From Candidatus Bathyarchaeota archaeon (GTDB lineage: Archaea; Thermoproteota; Bathyarchaeia; Bathyarchaeales; Bathycorpusculaceae): a stretch of 64,000 nucleotides of DNA. Where the stretch lies: positions 1,152,001 to 1,216,000 of the forward strand of contig CAWGYA010000008.1 of the NCBI GenBank assembly GCA_963826715.1, written 5' to 3'. Made by a program: the position numbers and the translations under genes. Below, piece after piece: positions 29,322 through 41,870 of this stretch. Numbering within the stretch: the stretch's first letter is position 1; each line of letters opens with the position of its first letter. The notes beneath the pieces were generated by a model. That model did no database searches and was not told where the DNA came from. It saw nothing but the letters and a program-made list of their open reading frames with translations.

Positions 29322-30215
29322 TTACCGAGGTCTCTTGGGTCTTGTAACGAGCCCAATAACCAAAAACAACACAATTATCCCAATAACTATTGCTGCGATT
29401 TCAGGGTGCAGCAATAGTTGGTACATCAAAATGAAAACTTGAACCACAGGATTGTTCGAAAGCGATTGTGGTGCCATGTTTTCAACGGATACTGGTAATT
29501 CCTGATAGTTTATGGATGCGGGTAATATTACATAATTCACTTTTAGCCATTCGCTTATAGGGTAGAAACTTGACGGGTTTTTCAACCAGGCAAAAATTGT
29601 ACTTACTCCATATGTGTCGAGGGTTGAGACTGCCCTTGCTTGCCCATCAGCGCTGTAGAGGGCATACATCAAATCAGATGAGGAGTTGCTGTGTCTTAAT
29701 CCTAATCCATGTCCTAACTCATGGAGTGCTACATTCTGCAAGTCTACCTCTGATAAGGCATTGCCATGGTTGGAGTGAGTTGCAAGATTGATTGTGCAAT
29801 TTGATAGCACATTATTGTTGTTGGCATAAAGCTGTGTTAGCCCCACTTCATCTGAGCTGTTGCTTAACGGGGAGTTAGTATAGTTAATGTAGATATCAAA
29901 CCCCGCTTTCCACTGAGACGATACTTTAGGCTCCAATTTTAGATTCGATATGTATGAAAAATCTGAATTGTTAACTGCAAACTCATCAATTGCTTCATTC
30001 CACTGCCCTATCGCACGTAATGTGGAATTCAAAACAAGTGGTCCCCACCAGGATTCATTTTCTGCTGGAATTACCAGCAAGTTAAGAATAGGGTGGTTCC
30101 AAACAAAATTGCCTATCTGCAGTGAATAAGTAGTTTGAGCCTGAACGGTGACTGTACTTAATGGGGCAATGAAAATGCAGACACATGCCAAAAGGGCAAA
30201 TAAAAGTTTCAACAT
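29322..30215 (-). CDS. Secreted, membrane-anchored matrixin (M10) metallopeptidase
   Basis: HELGHGLGLRH plus Met-turn SDLMY; signal peptide and C-terminal TM. Confidence 0.88.
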   Translation of the reverse strand: MLKLLFALLACVCIFIAPLSTVTVQAQTTYSLQIGNFVWNHPILNLLVIPAENESWWGPLVLNSTLRAIGQWNEAIDEFAVNNSDFSYISNLKLEPKVSSQWKAGFDIYINYTNSPLSNSSDEVGLTQLYANNNNVLSNCTINLATHSNHGNALSEVDLQNVALHELGHGLGLRHSNSSSDLMYALYSADGQARAVSTLDTYGVSTIFAWLKNPSSFYPISEWLKVNYVILPASINYQELPVSVENMAPQSLSNNPVVQVFILMYQLLLHPEIAAIVIGIIVLFLVIGLVTRPKRPR

Positions 30216-30544
30216 AACAATATTATAAAATGCAAATTGCGCGTTTAAGTCTTTTTACTTGCAAAACAAAACTGATACTAAGCAAGTTAGTCTTATGGGA
30301 ATGCAGAAATTTTGCCCTTAAAGATCTATATTTTCACTTTTTTCTTCAAGTAGGTTGTTGATTTAAGTAAATTGAATAACATAAATAACAAAGGTTAAAA
30401 AGGCTTAAAAAAGAATAGTGGACATAATGAAGATTTCATTTGTTTCCTTGTGCAGGATTCGGCTTAAGAGGTCTAAATCTGCGATTTTTGAAGATCTATT
30501 ACAAATTAAGCATTTCTTCCTCCGTTTGGTAGGTCTAGGTTTGT

Positions 30545-31792
30545 ATGCTGATTTTTGATTTAATCTCCATAGTATTGCTATCGGTTCTTCTCTTCTGGAC
30601 CGTTTATAATGGATCAATAATATATGTGGGGATAAAAAGTAAACGAAAAAATCAAACATTGAAAAATGAAATGCAGCTACCAAAATTCTCGATAATTGTC
30701 CCCACAAAAAATGAGGAATCTGTAATTCGACGCTGCTTAGATGGCATTCTTAAAACGGATTATCCGAAAGATAAAATGCAGATTGTGGTGGTTGATGGGG
30801 ACTCAACCGACGGGACATATGAAATTTGCTTGGATTTTGAACAAAAAAACCCTTCAACAATAAAAGTAATTCGCGAGAAAACAAGTCGAGGCAAACCTTC
30901 AGCGCTTAACTTCGCGCTTCCAAATTTAACAGGTGATATAGTTGCGGTTTTTGACGCGGACAGTCTACCGCAGGAAGATGTTTTCTCAAAAGTTGCTTGT
31001 TACTTCAACGATGGAAAAATCATGGCAATTCAAGGAATGACCACCTCAATAAACGAGAAAAAAAACGTTTTGACCCGAGTTATCTCAATGGAAGAAAAAG
31101 CATGGTTTCAGATGTTGATGAGTGGTCGAGAAAGACTCCACTTGTTTGTTCCGTTAACTGGAACCTGCCAGTTTGTTCGCCATAATGTGCTTCTCGAACT
31201 TGGTGGTTGGGATGAAAACTCTTTAACTGAGGATGTTGAACTGGCTTTGCGGCTAGTTGAAAACAATCATTTAATAAAATACGCCCCGGATGTTTGTTCT
31301 GGCCAAGAAACACCGAACACTCTAAAGAGTCTCATCAGTCAGCGCGTGCGATGGTACCGCGGATACATGGAAACAGCCCTAAAATATGGGCGCCTTCTTA
31401 ACACTGTTAACAAACGGACAGTTGACGCAGAAATTTCGCTTGCTGGACCCTTTATGATGGTAGTATCGTTACTTAGTTACATAAACTGGTTTCTAGTTGC
31501 CATATTTCTTTCGCAAAGCACACCTATTTTGAACTTCACTGGTTTAGTTATCGCGTTAACAGCAGTTTCACTGGTATCCATTGGGATATCTTTAACAACC
31601 TCAGAGAAGCCAATAAGACTCCGTAACATTCTCTGGATACCCTCAATCTACGTTTATTGGCTCATCCAAATGGTCATCGCAGGATGGGCCTTTCTGAAAC
31701 TGGTTTTTCGCAGGAAACGTGTCTGGACAAAAACCATTAAGGTTGGTTCTTCACTCCCTGGTGAGCGAAAAACAGACGGGTTTTTATCTTAA
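30545..31792 (+). CDS. Processive GT2 glycosyltransferase (cellulose-synthase-like)
   Basis: DAD, TED and QRVRW motifs; TM helices at both ends. Confidence 0.9.
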   Translation: MLIFDLISIVLLSVLLFWTVYNGSIIYVGIKSKRKNQTLKNEMQLPKFSIIVPTKNEESVIRRCLDGILKTDYPKDKMQIVVVDGDSTDGTYEICLDFEQKNPSTIKVIREKTSRGKPSALNFALPNLTGDIVAVFDADSLPQEDVFSKVACYFNDGKIMAIQGMTTSINEKKNVLTRVISMEEKAWFQMLMSGRERLHLFVPLTGTCQFVRHNVLLELGGWDENSLTEDVELALRLVENNHLIKYAPDVCSGQETPNTLKSLISQRVRWYRGYMETALKYGRLLNTVNKRTVDAEISLAGPFMMVVSLLSYINWFLVAIFLSQSTPILNFTGLVIALTAVSLVSIGISLTTSEKPIRLRNILWIPSIYVYWLIQMVIAGWAFLKLVFRRKRVWTKTIKVGSSLPGERKTDGFLS

Positions 31793-32013
31793 AACTCTGA
31801 TCTGAATTTGTTCGGAATGCTTTTGCCGATTAACTAATCAGCGGTTGATTGGAAACTTTATTTGGGAGCTAAATCTATCTTAGGAAATAATGCCGATTAA
31901 TCTGATGAGCGTTTTACACGGTTTAAGTACCGTTAAACCCTGGAGGTTGCCCAACTATTGTTCTTAGAAAACCTCAACGGCTTTGGTTTGACTGCAGACG
32001 GTGAAGATAGGGT

Positions 32014-33153
32014 TTGAAGGTTTGTTTTATTTCTTCCTATCCACCCAACAGGGCTCGCCTAAGCGAGTATGCCCAGAGTTTAGTCGTTGCGATAACAAGT
32101 CAACCTGAAGTAGACCTGTTTTATGTTTTAGCTGATGAAAGTCCTCTTCCCAAAATTGGAGATTCTCAAAATTTTAAGATGTGCGTTGAGAGAATCTGGA
32201 AAGCCGACGGAATCTTTTCGCTTTTTAAGCTAATGTATCGTATAATAAAATTAAAACCTAACATCGTACACTTTAATGTGTCCTATCAAAGTTTCGGGAA
32301 ATCAAAGCTTACGAATATATTTGGATTATCTCTGATTCTTTTATGCCGTCTCTTTGGTTTCAAAGTTATTGCTGCGATACACACATTGGGTGATAAGGCT
32401 GATCTGAAGCAATATAATGTTAAACCCACCTTAATCAACAAAGTCGGAATATTGGTCGCAACCAAAATTGTTCTATCCGCCCAACGTGTTGTTGTGCTGG
32501 TGAAAACTTATAGCGACTACCTAAAAAAACGCTATACCCACAAAGGTGTCCTTTACATCCCTCATGGTGCTTCAGTAGACGTTAACAGCTCGTTAGATTC
32601 AGCGGAAAACGCCATCCTTCTCTTTGGACATATGGGTCCACATAAAGGATTACCTGTTATGCTTCAAGCTTTAGAAAAAATCCATCTCAAAGACAAGGAC
32701 GTTAAACTTATTGTAGCAGGCACAGACCATCCTAACTACCCGCAATATCTTGACCACTTCATAAGTGCCAATATCCCCAACGTTGAATTCACCGGCTACG
32801 TTCCAACTGAAAGATTGGTATCTGTTTTTAGGCGTGCTAAAGTTGTGGTTTTGCCTTATCATGCAGCGCCTGGGACCAGTGGCGTTTTCCATTTGGCTTG
32901 TGGCTTCGGTCGCCCTGTCGTGGCTTCTGATCTGCCTGAAATAAAGGAGATAGTAGACGATGGTGCATCTGCGATTCTGGTTCCTCCCGGTAACATTGAT
33001 GAGTTAACAAATGCAATTTTGAGAGTTTTAAGTGATCATGACCTCTCGGTGAAAATGAGTAGACAGAACTTGTTATTTGCTCAAAAGGAAAGCTGGAATG
33101 TAGTTTCAAAAGAATATGTAGCTACCTATCTCTCTCTTTTAAGAAAAGACTAA
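32014..33153 (+). CDS. GT4 family glycosyltransferase
   Basis: FGHMGPHKG, VVLPY...SGV...GRPVVASD. Confidence 0.88.
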   Translation: MKVCFISSYPPNRARLSEYAQSLVVAITSQPEVDLFYVLADESPLPKIGDSQNFKMCVERIWKADGIFSLFKLMYRIIKLKPNIVHFNVSYQSFGKSKLTNIFGLSLILLCRLFGFKVIAAIHTLGDKADLKQYNVKPTLINKVGILVATKIVLSAQRVVVLVKTYSDYLKKRYTHKGVLYIPHGASVDVNSSLDSAENAILLFGHMGPHKGLPVMLQALEKIHLKDKDVKLIVAGTDHPNYPQYLDHFISANIPNVEFTGYVPTERLVSVFRRAKVVVLPYHAAPGTSGVFHLACGFGRPVVASDLPEIKEIVDDGASAILVPPGNIDELTNAILRVLSDHDLSVKMSRQNLLFAQKESWNVVSKEYVATYLSLLRKD

Positions 33154-33236
33154 TGCTGATTTTGGTTTACCCCACCCGATGTAATTCCTTGTTTTTTTAG
33201 GAAATCTTTAAGCGTTTAGGTTATATTTTAGCCTCT

Positions 33237-34733
33237 TTGATGCTCCGAAAATATCTGTTTCCGCTACTTGCTTTCGTAGTTCCTTTTCTGGTTAGGTTAA
33301 TTCCTGAAGTATTGATGGGACCCTATCTTGTAGGCTTCGATACTTTAGCACATTATTTACCGACAACACTTTTCTGGACTCAGGGTAGTATAACGCCTGA
33401 GAGTTTCATAGCTACCGCACCTTTGCTTTACGTATTCACAACAGGGTTAAGTTATGCCTTTGGCTCTGTGACTCTCGCGTTAAAAGTGATAGCGCCGCTA
33501 TTACTTGGATTTTTGAGTTTATCCATATTTATATTTGCTCGGCGAGCACTTGGGTGGTCTCAACTCAAAAGTATTGCCCCTGCTCTTGTTGGAACACTAT
33601 ATTTTGTTGCATTGAGAATTTCATGGGATGCTTTTCGTGAAGAGGTTGCCTTGATTTTCTTTTTCCTCGCACTCACCCTGCTTGTCCAAGCCTCAACCAA
33701 GTTCTCTTGGAAAAATCTTTTACTTTTTTCTTTGGCGCTGGTTGCGGTTGTTATGTCCAATCAGGTGGTGGCAGTTCTTGCCCTGTCTGTAGTGCTTTTC
33801 AGTCTGGTCTACATTTTTCTTCACGGCAGTCATCGTAACTCCGCTACTTTGGCAATGTTTATGTTGCCTTCAATCCTAATTTTTCTAGTCGCTTTCTTTC
33901 TTATCCCCTCTGTACCTGAGTACCGTTTGATTTTTGGGTTCCCCAGTACCCCCGACGGTTGGTTGACGCTGTTTGGCTACTCTTCCTATCCCAATATGCT
34001 TGGTAGCGAATTCATTTTTCTGTTGTTCTGTTTCGTTCCGCTTTTACCCCTAGCTGTTCTAAGCATTCGTCGTATCAAAAATTTCCAGCTGCAAATTTGG
34101 GGGATTCTGGTTTTGGTTGCCGCTTTTATTCCTATGGTTAGCCCCAGCAACCTGCGTTTGCTTATGCTTCTTGTTTATCCGTTATCCTTCTACGCAATTG
34201 AAGCATTGAGTATGCTTAATTCCATGAAGTGGCGACGTTTTAGAGTCAGTGTAATGAGGGCTGGTTTGGTTTACCTATTGTCGGTTACGGCGGTTTTTAG
34301 TTTAGGGTTTATGGTTTTTCCGGCAGAGAATCCATTTCCATATTTTGCATCAGGTAGTGGACTTAACAGTCACATCTACCAGCTTCCATCATCGATGCTT
34401 CAAAATACTGTTTCCTTAGCCGACTGTCCCGATACTGCTAACGCTATTGAGTGGTTAAAGATACAAATGGGCGAAGGGGATGTTTTGTTAACGCATAGAG
34501 CTTTTTATGGATGGGCACTTACAGAGTTAAAACCTGGGCAGGTTTACCTATACGAATACGATAACCCTGCTGATGTAGCAACTAATGTAGTAAACTTGCA
34601 TAGTGGCAAGGTTTACCTGATTTGGTGGGTGCCCAATCAGGGGTGGTATGGTTTGCCATCATTGCCCTCTGTATTCACCCAAGTCTACAATAGCGGCAAC
34701 ATTGCGGTTTACACCTATACACAAACCCAATAG
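33237..34733 (+). CDS. Polytopic membrane protein, possible GT-C fold
   Basis: ~11 TM, first loop GFDT..HY, soluble C-terminal domain; follows GT genes. Confidence 0.6.
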   Translation: MMLRKYLFPLLAFVVPFLVRLIPEVLMGPYLVGFDTLAHYLPTTLFWTQGSITPESFIATAPLLYVFTTGLSYAFGSVTLALKVIAPLLLGFLSLSIFIFARRALGWSQLKSIAPALVGTLYFVALRISWDAFREEVALIFFFLALTLLVQASTKFSWKNLLLFSLALVAVVMSNQVVAVLALSVVLFSLVYIFLHGSHRNSATLAMFMLPSILIFLVAFFLIPSVPEYRLIFGFPSTPDGWLTLFGYSSYPNMLGSEFIFLLFCFVPLLPLAVLSIRRIKNFQLQIWGILVLVAAFIPMVSPSNLRLLMLLVYPLSFYAIEALSMLNSMKWRRFRVSVMRAGLVYLLSVTAVFSLGFMVFPAENPFPYFASGSGLNSHIYQLPSSMLQNTVSLADCPDTANAIEWLKIQMGEGDVLLTHRAFYGWALTELKPGQVYLYEYDNPADVATNVVNLHSGKVYLIWWVPNQGWYGLPSLPSVFTQVYNSGNIAVYTYTQTQ

Positions 34734-35185
34734 CGCAATAGACTGATTTCGTTTTATTTTTTTGGTTCACAAATTCTTCCGCCAAGTTGCTATTTGAGAT
34801 CCAATGTCTGCATTTTAGTTAAAATATTGTTAATTAGATCTATTTTTAAGGTTAAAATTTTCTGTTCTATCTTCAGGTGTTGATACAAAACCCAAATTTT
34901 TACGATAAACCAACTTTAATGAAACTCTTAGTGAAGGTTCCGTTTAACGTCCAATTGCGCGGGCGAGTCAGATTTTGAGAAGTAAATGATGAAATTCTGG
35001 TGATTTACTTGTTGATTTAGGGCAGCTTAAAATCAAAACTTAGCCATTAAAAAACAGCTTTATTGCGAAGACAGCGTGTAAATAATTCGGAATTAGCGTA
35101 GATTGGTCCCTATTTTTGTTTCCAATAGAACCACAAAATATGTTTTATGCATCCGATAGGATGTGGCATTGTTTATGGTTGTAGA

Positions 35186-35202
35186 AAAGAAATCTTTATA
35201 TC
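35186..35202 (+). promoter_or_regulatory. BRE/TATA promoter of the 16S transcript
   Basis: AAAGAAATCTTTATATC ~25 nt before the 5' arm of the outer precursor stem (35226). Confidence 0.6.
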
Positions 35203-35374
35203 TACTGAGGTTACTTCTGTAAGAATTCAGCTACAATTGCTAGCCCCGCAATTTCACATGGCGGCGGCTCAACCCGTACCGAAACGGCGATTGCCTTGCA
35301 GGAATGATGGTGTTGGCCTCCAGTTGCGGGGACATAAATGTAGACCTGACTAATTGCTCAGTTAGGTCTGAATT

Positions 35375-37067
<1,693 letters not shown>

Positions 37068-37371
37068 TAAGATAGCAACACTGTAGCTGAAGAGCAATAT
37101 TGAGTTTCAATTTATTTTTTATTTCTCCAATACTCATTGTAGTTTAAAACATCAAGTTCAATCTTTATTATTTCGTATTTGATTTTGTAAATGTATTTTA
37201 CAATTTTCACTTTTCAATGGAAAAAGATTGGTTAAAAATATTTTTTTCAAAGAAACGGTTTACAATATTATATGTAAAGGTTGTTTTAATGGCATAATTC
37301 AAAATCAATTTTGGGCAGTTTAACGGTATGGTAGATCGTCGCTAAGCATGTTATCTGCATAATCAACTCAA

Positions 37372-37875
37372 TTATTCACTTAATGTTTTTATATATTCCC
37401 AGATTTTATCGCCTACGTAATGGAGGGTCTTCACAACTGGACCTTTCTTGGTGTTTTTCGCATTAACTGAATCGATTAGCGCTTCACCAACTGCCAAGGT
37501 TTTACCGAATTTGACATCTGAAACCTGTACAAAGTCACCCGCGATAAAATCGCCTTCAACTCGCACAATTCCTGGAGCCATTACAGTTGCACCTTTACAC
37601 ACATAGGGGACCGCGCCCATGTCGACCACGATTTTTGGGGCTTTTGCTGTGAACTCGCTAAATCGAAGTGTTGGCAAAAGCTTATCTGCAAATTTGACCA
37701 GTAGAGGTTTTCCGTCAGCGAGGTAAATTAAGCCCACATCAGATTCCACCACTTCTACATTGGTTTTGGCGCCGTAGTGCTCCTCAAGGTTTATTCCCAA
37801 TTTTGCGTTGATTTCTTCTATGATTTGTTTTGCTTCTTTTGCTTTAAGTGGGTATCGCCGTTGTTTTGTAGGCAT
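37372..37875 (-). CDS. PUA-domain RNA-binding protein (MCTS1/DUF1947-like)
   Basis: PTLR...VVDMGAVPYVCKGATVMAPG...LHYVGD. Confidence 0.9.
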   Translation of the reverse strand: MPTKQRRYPLKAKEAKQIIEEINAKLGINLEEHYGAKTNVEVVESDVGLIYLADGKPLLVKFADKLLPTLRFSEFTAKAPKIVVDMGAVPYVCKGATVMAPGIVRVEGDFIAGDFVQVSDVKFGKTLAVGEALIDSVNAKNTKKGPVVKTLHYVGDKIWEYIKTLSE

Positions 37876-37908
37876 AACATCAGCTGTTTAGGGTTCTTTT
37901 GGCAGTTA

Positions 37909-38592
37909 TTAGGTTTTTTGTTTATCAGCGGGTTTGGGTTTTCTGTGTACATATTTCTCTGCCAACTTGCCCACATCGACCTTTAGAAGGATAATGGTTA
38001 TAACTATTGTTAGGACGATGGAGATGACAATCATAGCTTCTGGACTCAACCATCCGGAAAAGAGATTGCTTGCTTCTTGTCCAATGAATGCTCCAGCAAC
38101 AGTTATTGAGAGTTTTCCGAAAAAGTAAGCTGTAAAAAACTTTGTGGGACTATACTTCATCAGACCTAGAGGAATAACAATAGGTTCATCAGGAATTGGT
38201 GTTGCTGCAGCTATGAATAGTAATGGAAAAGCCCACTTCCTTACTTTTGCTGCATCAGAGTCAAGCCGCATTCTTCGTTTCTCGCTTAGGTGACCACTGA
38301 CGAAGAAAGTTATCATATAGTGGACACCTTTTGCAAGGGCTGATGCTATAGCAACTATTAATCCAATAAAGAAGAGAATAGCTGGGTCTGAATTTACAAA
38401 TGCTATTGCAAACGTTGAAGCAATAAGAAGGTTCGAGGGCCCAGCAAAGGGTATGAGGTTAAACCCGAAAGCAGTAAAGAATAGCAATATGTAGGGGTTC
38501 TTAAAATTGATGTAAAGAAACACTGATAGAAACAGAAGAATCACAAGTATTACTGAAAGGATGGCATAGTTTCTATCGATTTTATATTTCAC
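37909..38592 (-). CDS. DedA/VTT (SNARE-associated) family membrane protein
   Basis: FIAAATPIPDE...PLGLMKY...FFGK. Confidence 0.8.
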   Translation of the reverse strand: MKYKIDRNYAILSVILVILLFLSVFLYINFKNPYILLFFTAFGFNLIPFAGPSNLLIASTFAIAFVNSDPAILFFIGLIVAIASALAKGVHYMITFFVSGHLSEKRRMRLDSDAAKVRKWAFPLLFIAAATPIPDEPIVIPLGLMKYSPTKFFTAYFFGKLSITVAGAFIGQEASNLFSGWLSPEAMIVISIVLTIVITIILLKVDVGKLAEKYVHRKPKPADKQKT

Positions 38593-38803
38593 CGTTTTTG
38601 CCTCAAGGAATCCCGTTTATTCAAGTTTATTTACCCCAAACTTACCCTCTTTCAAACTTATATATTCAAGCATTCTTCAGAATTAAATTCTTTAAGAGTC
38701 CAATGCCCATCCATTGTCCCCCTAATCTACGCCGCGAGGTTAGATAGGTTTAAATGTTGAGACTTCAAGTATAGAAGACATAAAGATACAAGAGGATTCC
38801 AAT

Positions 38804-39031
38804 ATGAGCGAAATGACAACCGAAATCCTTGAACAGAACTTAAGCAAAATTGTGCTGGTTCGCTTAAAAGGCGGCAAAAGCCTCAGAGGCAGACTAAAGG
38901 GTTTCGACCAACACCTAAACCTGGTTCTTGAAGAAACAGAAGACACAACTGTCGTTGAAAATCAAAAGAAGTTAGGGCTAATTATCGTGCGAGGAGACAA
39001 CGTAGTCCTTATTTCACCTCCACCACGGTGA
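38804..39031 (+). CDS. Sm-like (Lsm/SmAP) RNA-binding protein
   Basis: Sm1 GRLKGFDQHLNLVL, Sm2 IIVRGDNV; upstream of rpl37e as is usual in archaea. Confidence 0.95.
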   Translation: MSEMTTEILEQNLSKIVLVRLKGGKSLRGRLKGFDQHLNLVLEETEDTTVVENQKKLGLIIVRGDNVVLISPPPR

Positions 39032-39036
39032 TTTAG

Positions 39037-39225
39037 ATGGGTAAAGGCACTCCATCAATGGGCAAACGCCAGGGCAAAACAGTTCATATTATGTGTCGAC
39101 GCTGTGGCAGACGTGCATATCACGTGCGCCATCATCGCTGTGCAGCATGTGGGTTCGGCGAGCAAGCAACCATGCGCCGTTACAGTTGGCGAACCAAAAC
39201 TCTTCAACGTCAAAGAGTTTGTTAA
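39037..39225 (+). CDS. rpl37e: 50S ribosomal protein L37e
   Basis: [11 protein letters not shown]...CRRCG...CAACG. Confidence 0.96.
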   Translation: MGKGTPSMGKRQGKTVHIMCRRCGRRAYHVRHHRCAACGFGEQATMRRYSWRTKTLQRQRVC

Positions 39226-39523
39226 ACTCCCAATCTTCATCCAAAAATTATTTTCTTTTTGATTTATTCTTTACCTTTAAGCTTCAGATCTGTTTCTATC
39301 GATTCGTTTGTTATTTTTCATTAAAACAAGATCAGCATTAACTGAAGTCTTTAACAAATTTTTTTTCTAAAAAAGGCGATTCTTTGCCAAAAGGTCACCT
39401 TATCATCGATTTTTTCCACGAGCTCCCAAAATAGTTGTCTTTAAAAGATAGCTTTTCCCTGGTTTTTTTGGGTTGCAGTTTTAAGCTTTGCATAATCTTT
39501 CAATAAGGGGGGGTAAGTTCGTG

Positions 39524-40279
39524 TTAGGAAATTCCTTTGAGATATTCCACGGTAGGGGTTACGGATTTCACGGTAACTGTTGAGTTGGGTTTTATTAGGA
39601 ATTCGCTTAGTCCTATATTCGAAACTATGTTGCCCCAATCGTAAGTGTAGCCTAATCTAGTCCAGGGATACTTCATTGGGTAATAAGAGTAGATTATATT
39701 GCTGTTAAACCAGTTTTTGTAGTCCTCTGTGGCTGTGCTAGGAAAAGTCAGCTGGGCACTGGTATCGTTTATCTCGCTGTCTGGGCTAGGTCTAAAAAGT
39801 GCCTGTGGAGAAACCCAAAGCTCAACAAAATACGAGTCGCTGATGTTTGAAGGTAACCCGAGAAGCTGGGCTGCCCGGAGGGTTACATTGGAGGATGCGT
39901 CGTTTTTGAAAAAATTTTGGATTTCAGGCGAAGCAGTTACCCATGTGTACCCCCAAGTGGTAGAAATGTTTTCTCCCACAGGATAGCTGCTTTTATATTC
40001 GGTCCAAGTTACCATTAGGACGCTTGAGTTTTCACCTTCACCCATCCAGACCAGATTGCTATTATTTTCCAAAATTGGTGTTAGATTGCTGCTGATTTCG
40101 TTTTCTTTGGCGACCATTGCATCCTCAATTGCTGCATGGTAACGCTGGTCCAGGGTTGGCGGAGGCGCGAAGGCAGGCAAGATTACCATTGTAAAGAGTT
40201 CAGTTACTCCAAGTGTCGCAATAATGCCCACTACTAATAAGGCGACAATTAAGGTGCGGTCTTTGATCTGATTTTTCAT
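39524..40279 (-). CDS. Membrane-anchored hypothetical protein
   Basis: N-terminal TM; motif-like QLLGLP, LFRP, YPWTRLGYTYDWG. Confidence 0.65.
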   Translation of the reverse strand: MKNQIKDRTLIVALLVVGIIATLGVTELFTMVILPAFAPPPTLDQRYHAAIEDAMVAKENEISSNLTPILENNSNLVWMGEGENSSVLMVTWTEYKSSYPVGENISTTWGYTWVTASPEIQNFFKNDASSNVTLRAAQLLGLPSNISDSYFVELWVSPQALFRPSPDSEINDTSAQLTFPSTATEDYKNWFNSNIIYSYYPMKYPWTRLGYTYDWGNIVSNIGLSEFLIKPNSTVTVKSVTPTVEYLKGIS

Positions 40280-40373
40280 TACTACCCCTTCAGCAGTGTT
40301 ACTAACGGTTAGTTCTTAAAGCTTATAAAAATATGTAAATTCGAAAAATGGATAGAATAGAAAAGAATGAAAT

Positions 40374-41015
40374 TTAATCGGTTGACGTGTTATAGTATCC
40401 TTTGTCGACCTTGACGAAAATAAGAGGTCCACGGCTTTGCGCCATTTCGCGTGCTTTGCGTAGAGTGTTGTTTAGAGTAGTGAATAATTTTTCTGTTTCG
40501 TTGAGGCTTTGCAAGTATTTTTCGCCCAACTCCATTTTCAACAGGTTCTCAGCAAGGATTTCTGTGCCGCATACTTCGCCATTTTTAATGAGGGTAGCGA
40601 TCACGATTTCTTGGAGTTCCTGCTTTTTCTCAATTTTGTTCCAGATGGGTTCGGCGTTGTTTATGGTTTTTGTCATCTTGTTCCATTTGTTGGCGTTCTG
40701 GTTTCCGATAAGCAACTTCACACGCTGCTTCCATTTCTTAAACCACATGTTGCACCAAACCTTTAGAAAATCATCCAATTCATCTGCGTCTTCTTTGAAT
40801 AGCACTTCTAGCCTTTCTGCTATGTCGCATTGGTTTGATTCTTTCCCAATTAGGTTCCAATGGAATTTAAGGTAGTTCGTGAAATCTTGGCAGGCTACCT
40901 GCAAAACTTTGCGGTCAGAGCCCATTATATCCAGGACCGGATCCGCATCTTTCAGTTTCTCCCCTATCATTATCTCTACGAAATTCATTATTATTCCCGC
41001 TGAAGCCTTCTCCAC
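40374..41015 (-). CDS. Hypothetical alpha-helical protein
   Basis: 213-aa ORF with coding-like composition. Confidence 0.6.
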   Translation of the reverse strand: MEKASAGIIMNFVEIMIGEKLKDADPVLDIMGSDRKVLQVACQDFTNYLKFHWNLIGKESNQCDIAERLEVLFKEDADELDDFLKVWCNMWFKKWKQRVKLLIGNQNANKWNKMTKTINNAEPIWNKIEKKQELQEIVIATLIKNGEVCGTEILAENLLKMELGEKYLQSLNETEKLFTTLNNTLRKAREMAQSRGPLIFVKVDKGYYNTSTD

Positions 41016-41120
41016 AGTTACTAAAGATTGAGGTTTTAATTAAACTTTATTTATAAAACCCTTATAACTGCATTAGGCAAAAATCAGCAATATTTCGGGT
41101 TCTGATATAATAAAAATCGT

Positions 41121-41777
41121 CTATTCAACGTGTTCAGGAAGTGAACAGACATCTGGTAACATCAAATCTGGTTTTTCTAACGCCAACTCTTCATGTCGAT
41201 ATAGACCAGAGAGCACTGCCACCGTTTTGGCTCCAGCTGCTTTTCCCGCACGAGTGTCATTAATTGAATCTCCAGCCATTAGGCAATCCCGGATGTCTAC
41301 GTTTAGAGCTTTTACGCATTGAATTAATGCTTCAGGCGAAGGTTTCGGCTTTGCAGTGTCCAGTGCAGTTGTGATGTGGCTAAAGTACTGGGATACGCCG
41401 AAGTAGTCAAGTTCTTTTTGGATGACTTGGTTGGGAACATAGCGCATAGTGATTAGGGCAAGCTTTGATTTCTCGGCAAGCGTTTGCAGAGTGGTTGCGA
41501 CGTTAGGCAGAAGTTTGGTTTTTCTTTCTGTAAAAGATCGATATGCTTTTAAATAAATTGAGAGAAATTGTTTTGTATTGCCTTTTGTAATGTCTTCAAT
41601 GCTTAATCGTTGTTCTAGTCGTTTTGGAATTTCCAACATGATTTGGCGGCTGGGAGGTTCCTTGCCAACGGTGCAAAACGCTGCTTTTCCAGCTTCAAGG
41701 TAAGCTTCGGTGGAATCCACTAATGTGCCGTCTAAATCCAAGAATATTCCTTTAACCTTAAACTTTTGTTGCTGCAT
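41121..41777 (-). CDS. HAD-superfamily phosphatase
   Basis: DLDGTLVDS, KPKPSPE, GDSIND. Confidence 0.92.
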   Translation of the reverse strand: MQQQKFKVKGIFLDLDGTLVDSTEAYLEAGKAAFCTVGKEPPSRQIMLEIPKRLEQRLSIEDITKGNTKQFLSIYLKAYRSFTERKTKLLPNVATTLQTLAEKSKLALITMRYVPNQVIQKELDYFGVSQYFSHITTALDTAKPKPSPEALIQCVKALNVDIRDCLMAGDSINDTRAGKAAGAKTVAVLSGLYRHEELALEKPDLMLPDVCSLPEHVE

Positions 41778-41870
41778 CGTGTTCCGCTTGTGTTGTGTGT
41801 ATTTGTTTCTTAAAGGTTTCCGGGTGGTTTAGGTTTTTGGCAAGATTTCTGTTTGCTTTATTCGCTTCTA

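Noticed and set aside
31880-31960. CTGATGAG suggesting a hammerhead ribozyme or C/D box RNA
   Set aside because: No matching stem II plus GAAA core and no properly spaced D box
38717-38748. Hairpin upstream of the Lsm gene
   Set aside because: Short imperfect stem; autoregulation is plausible but unsupported without comparative data
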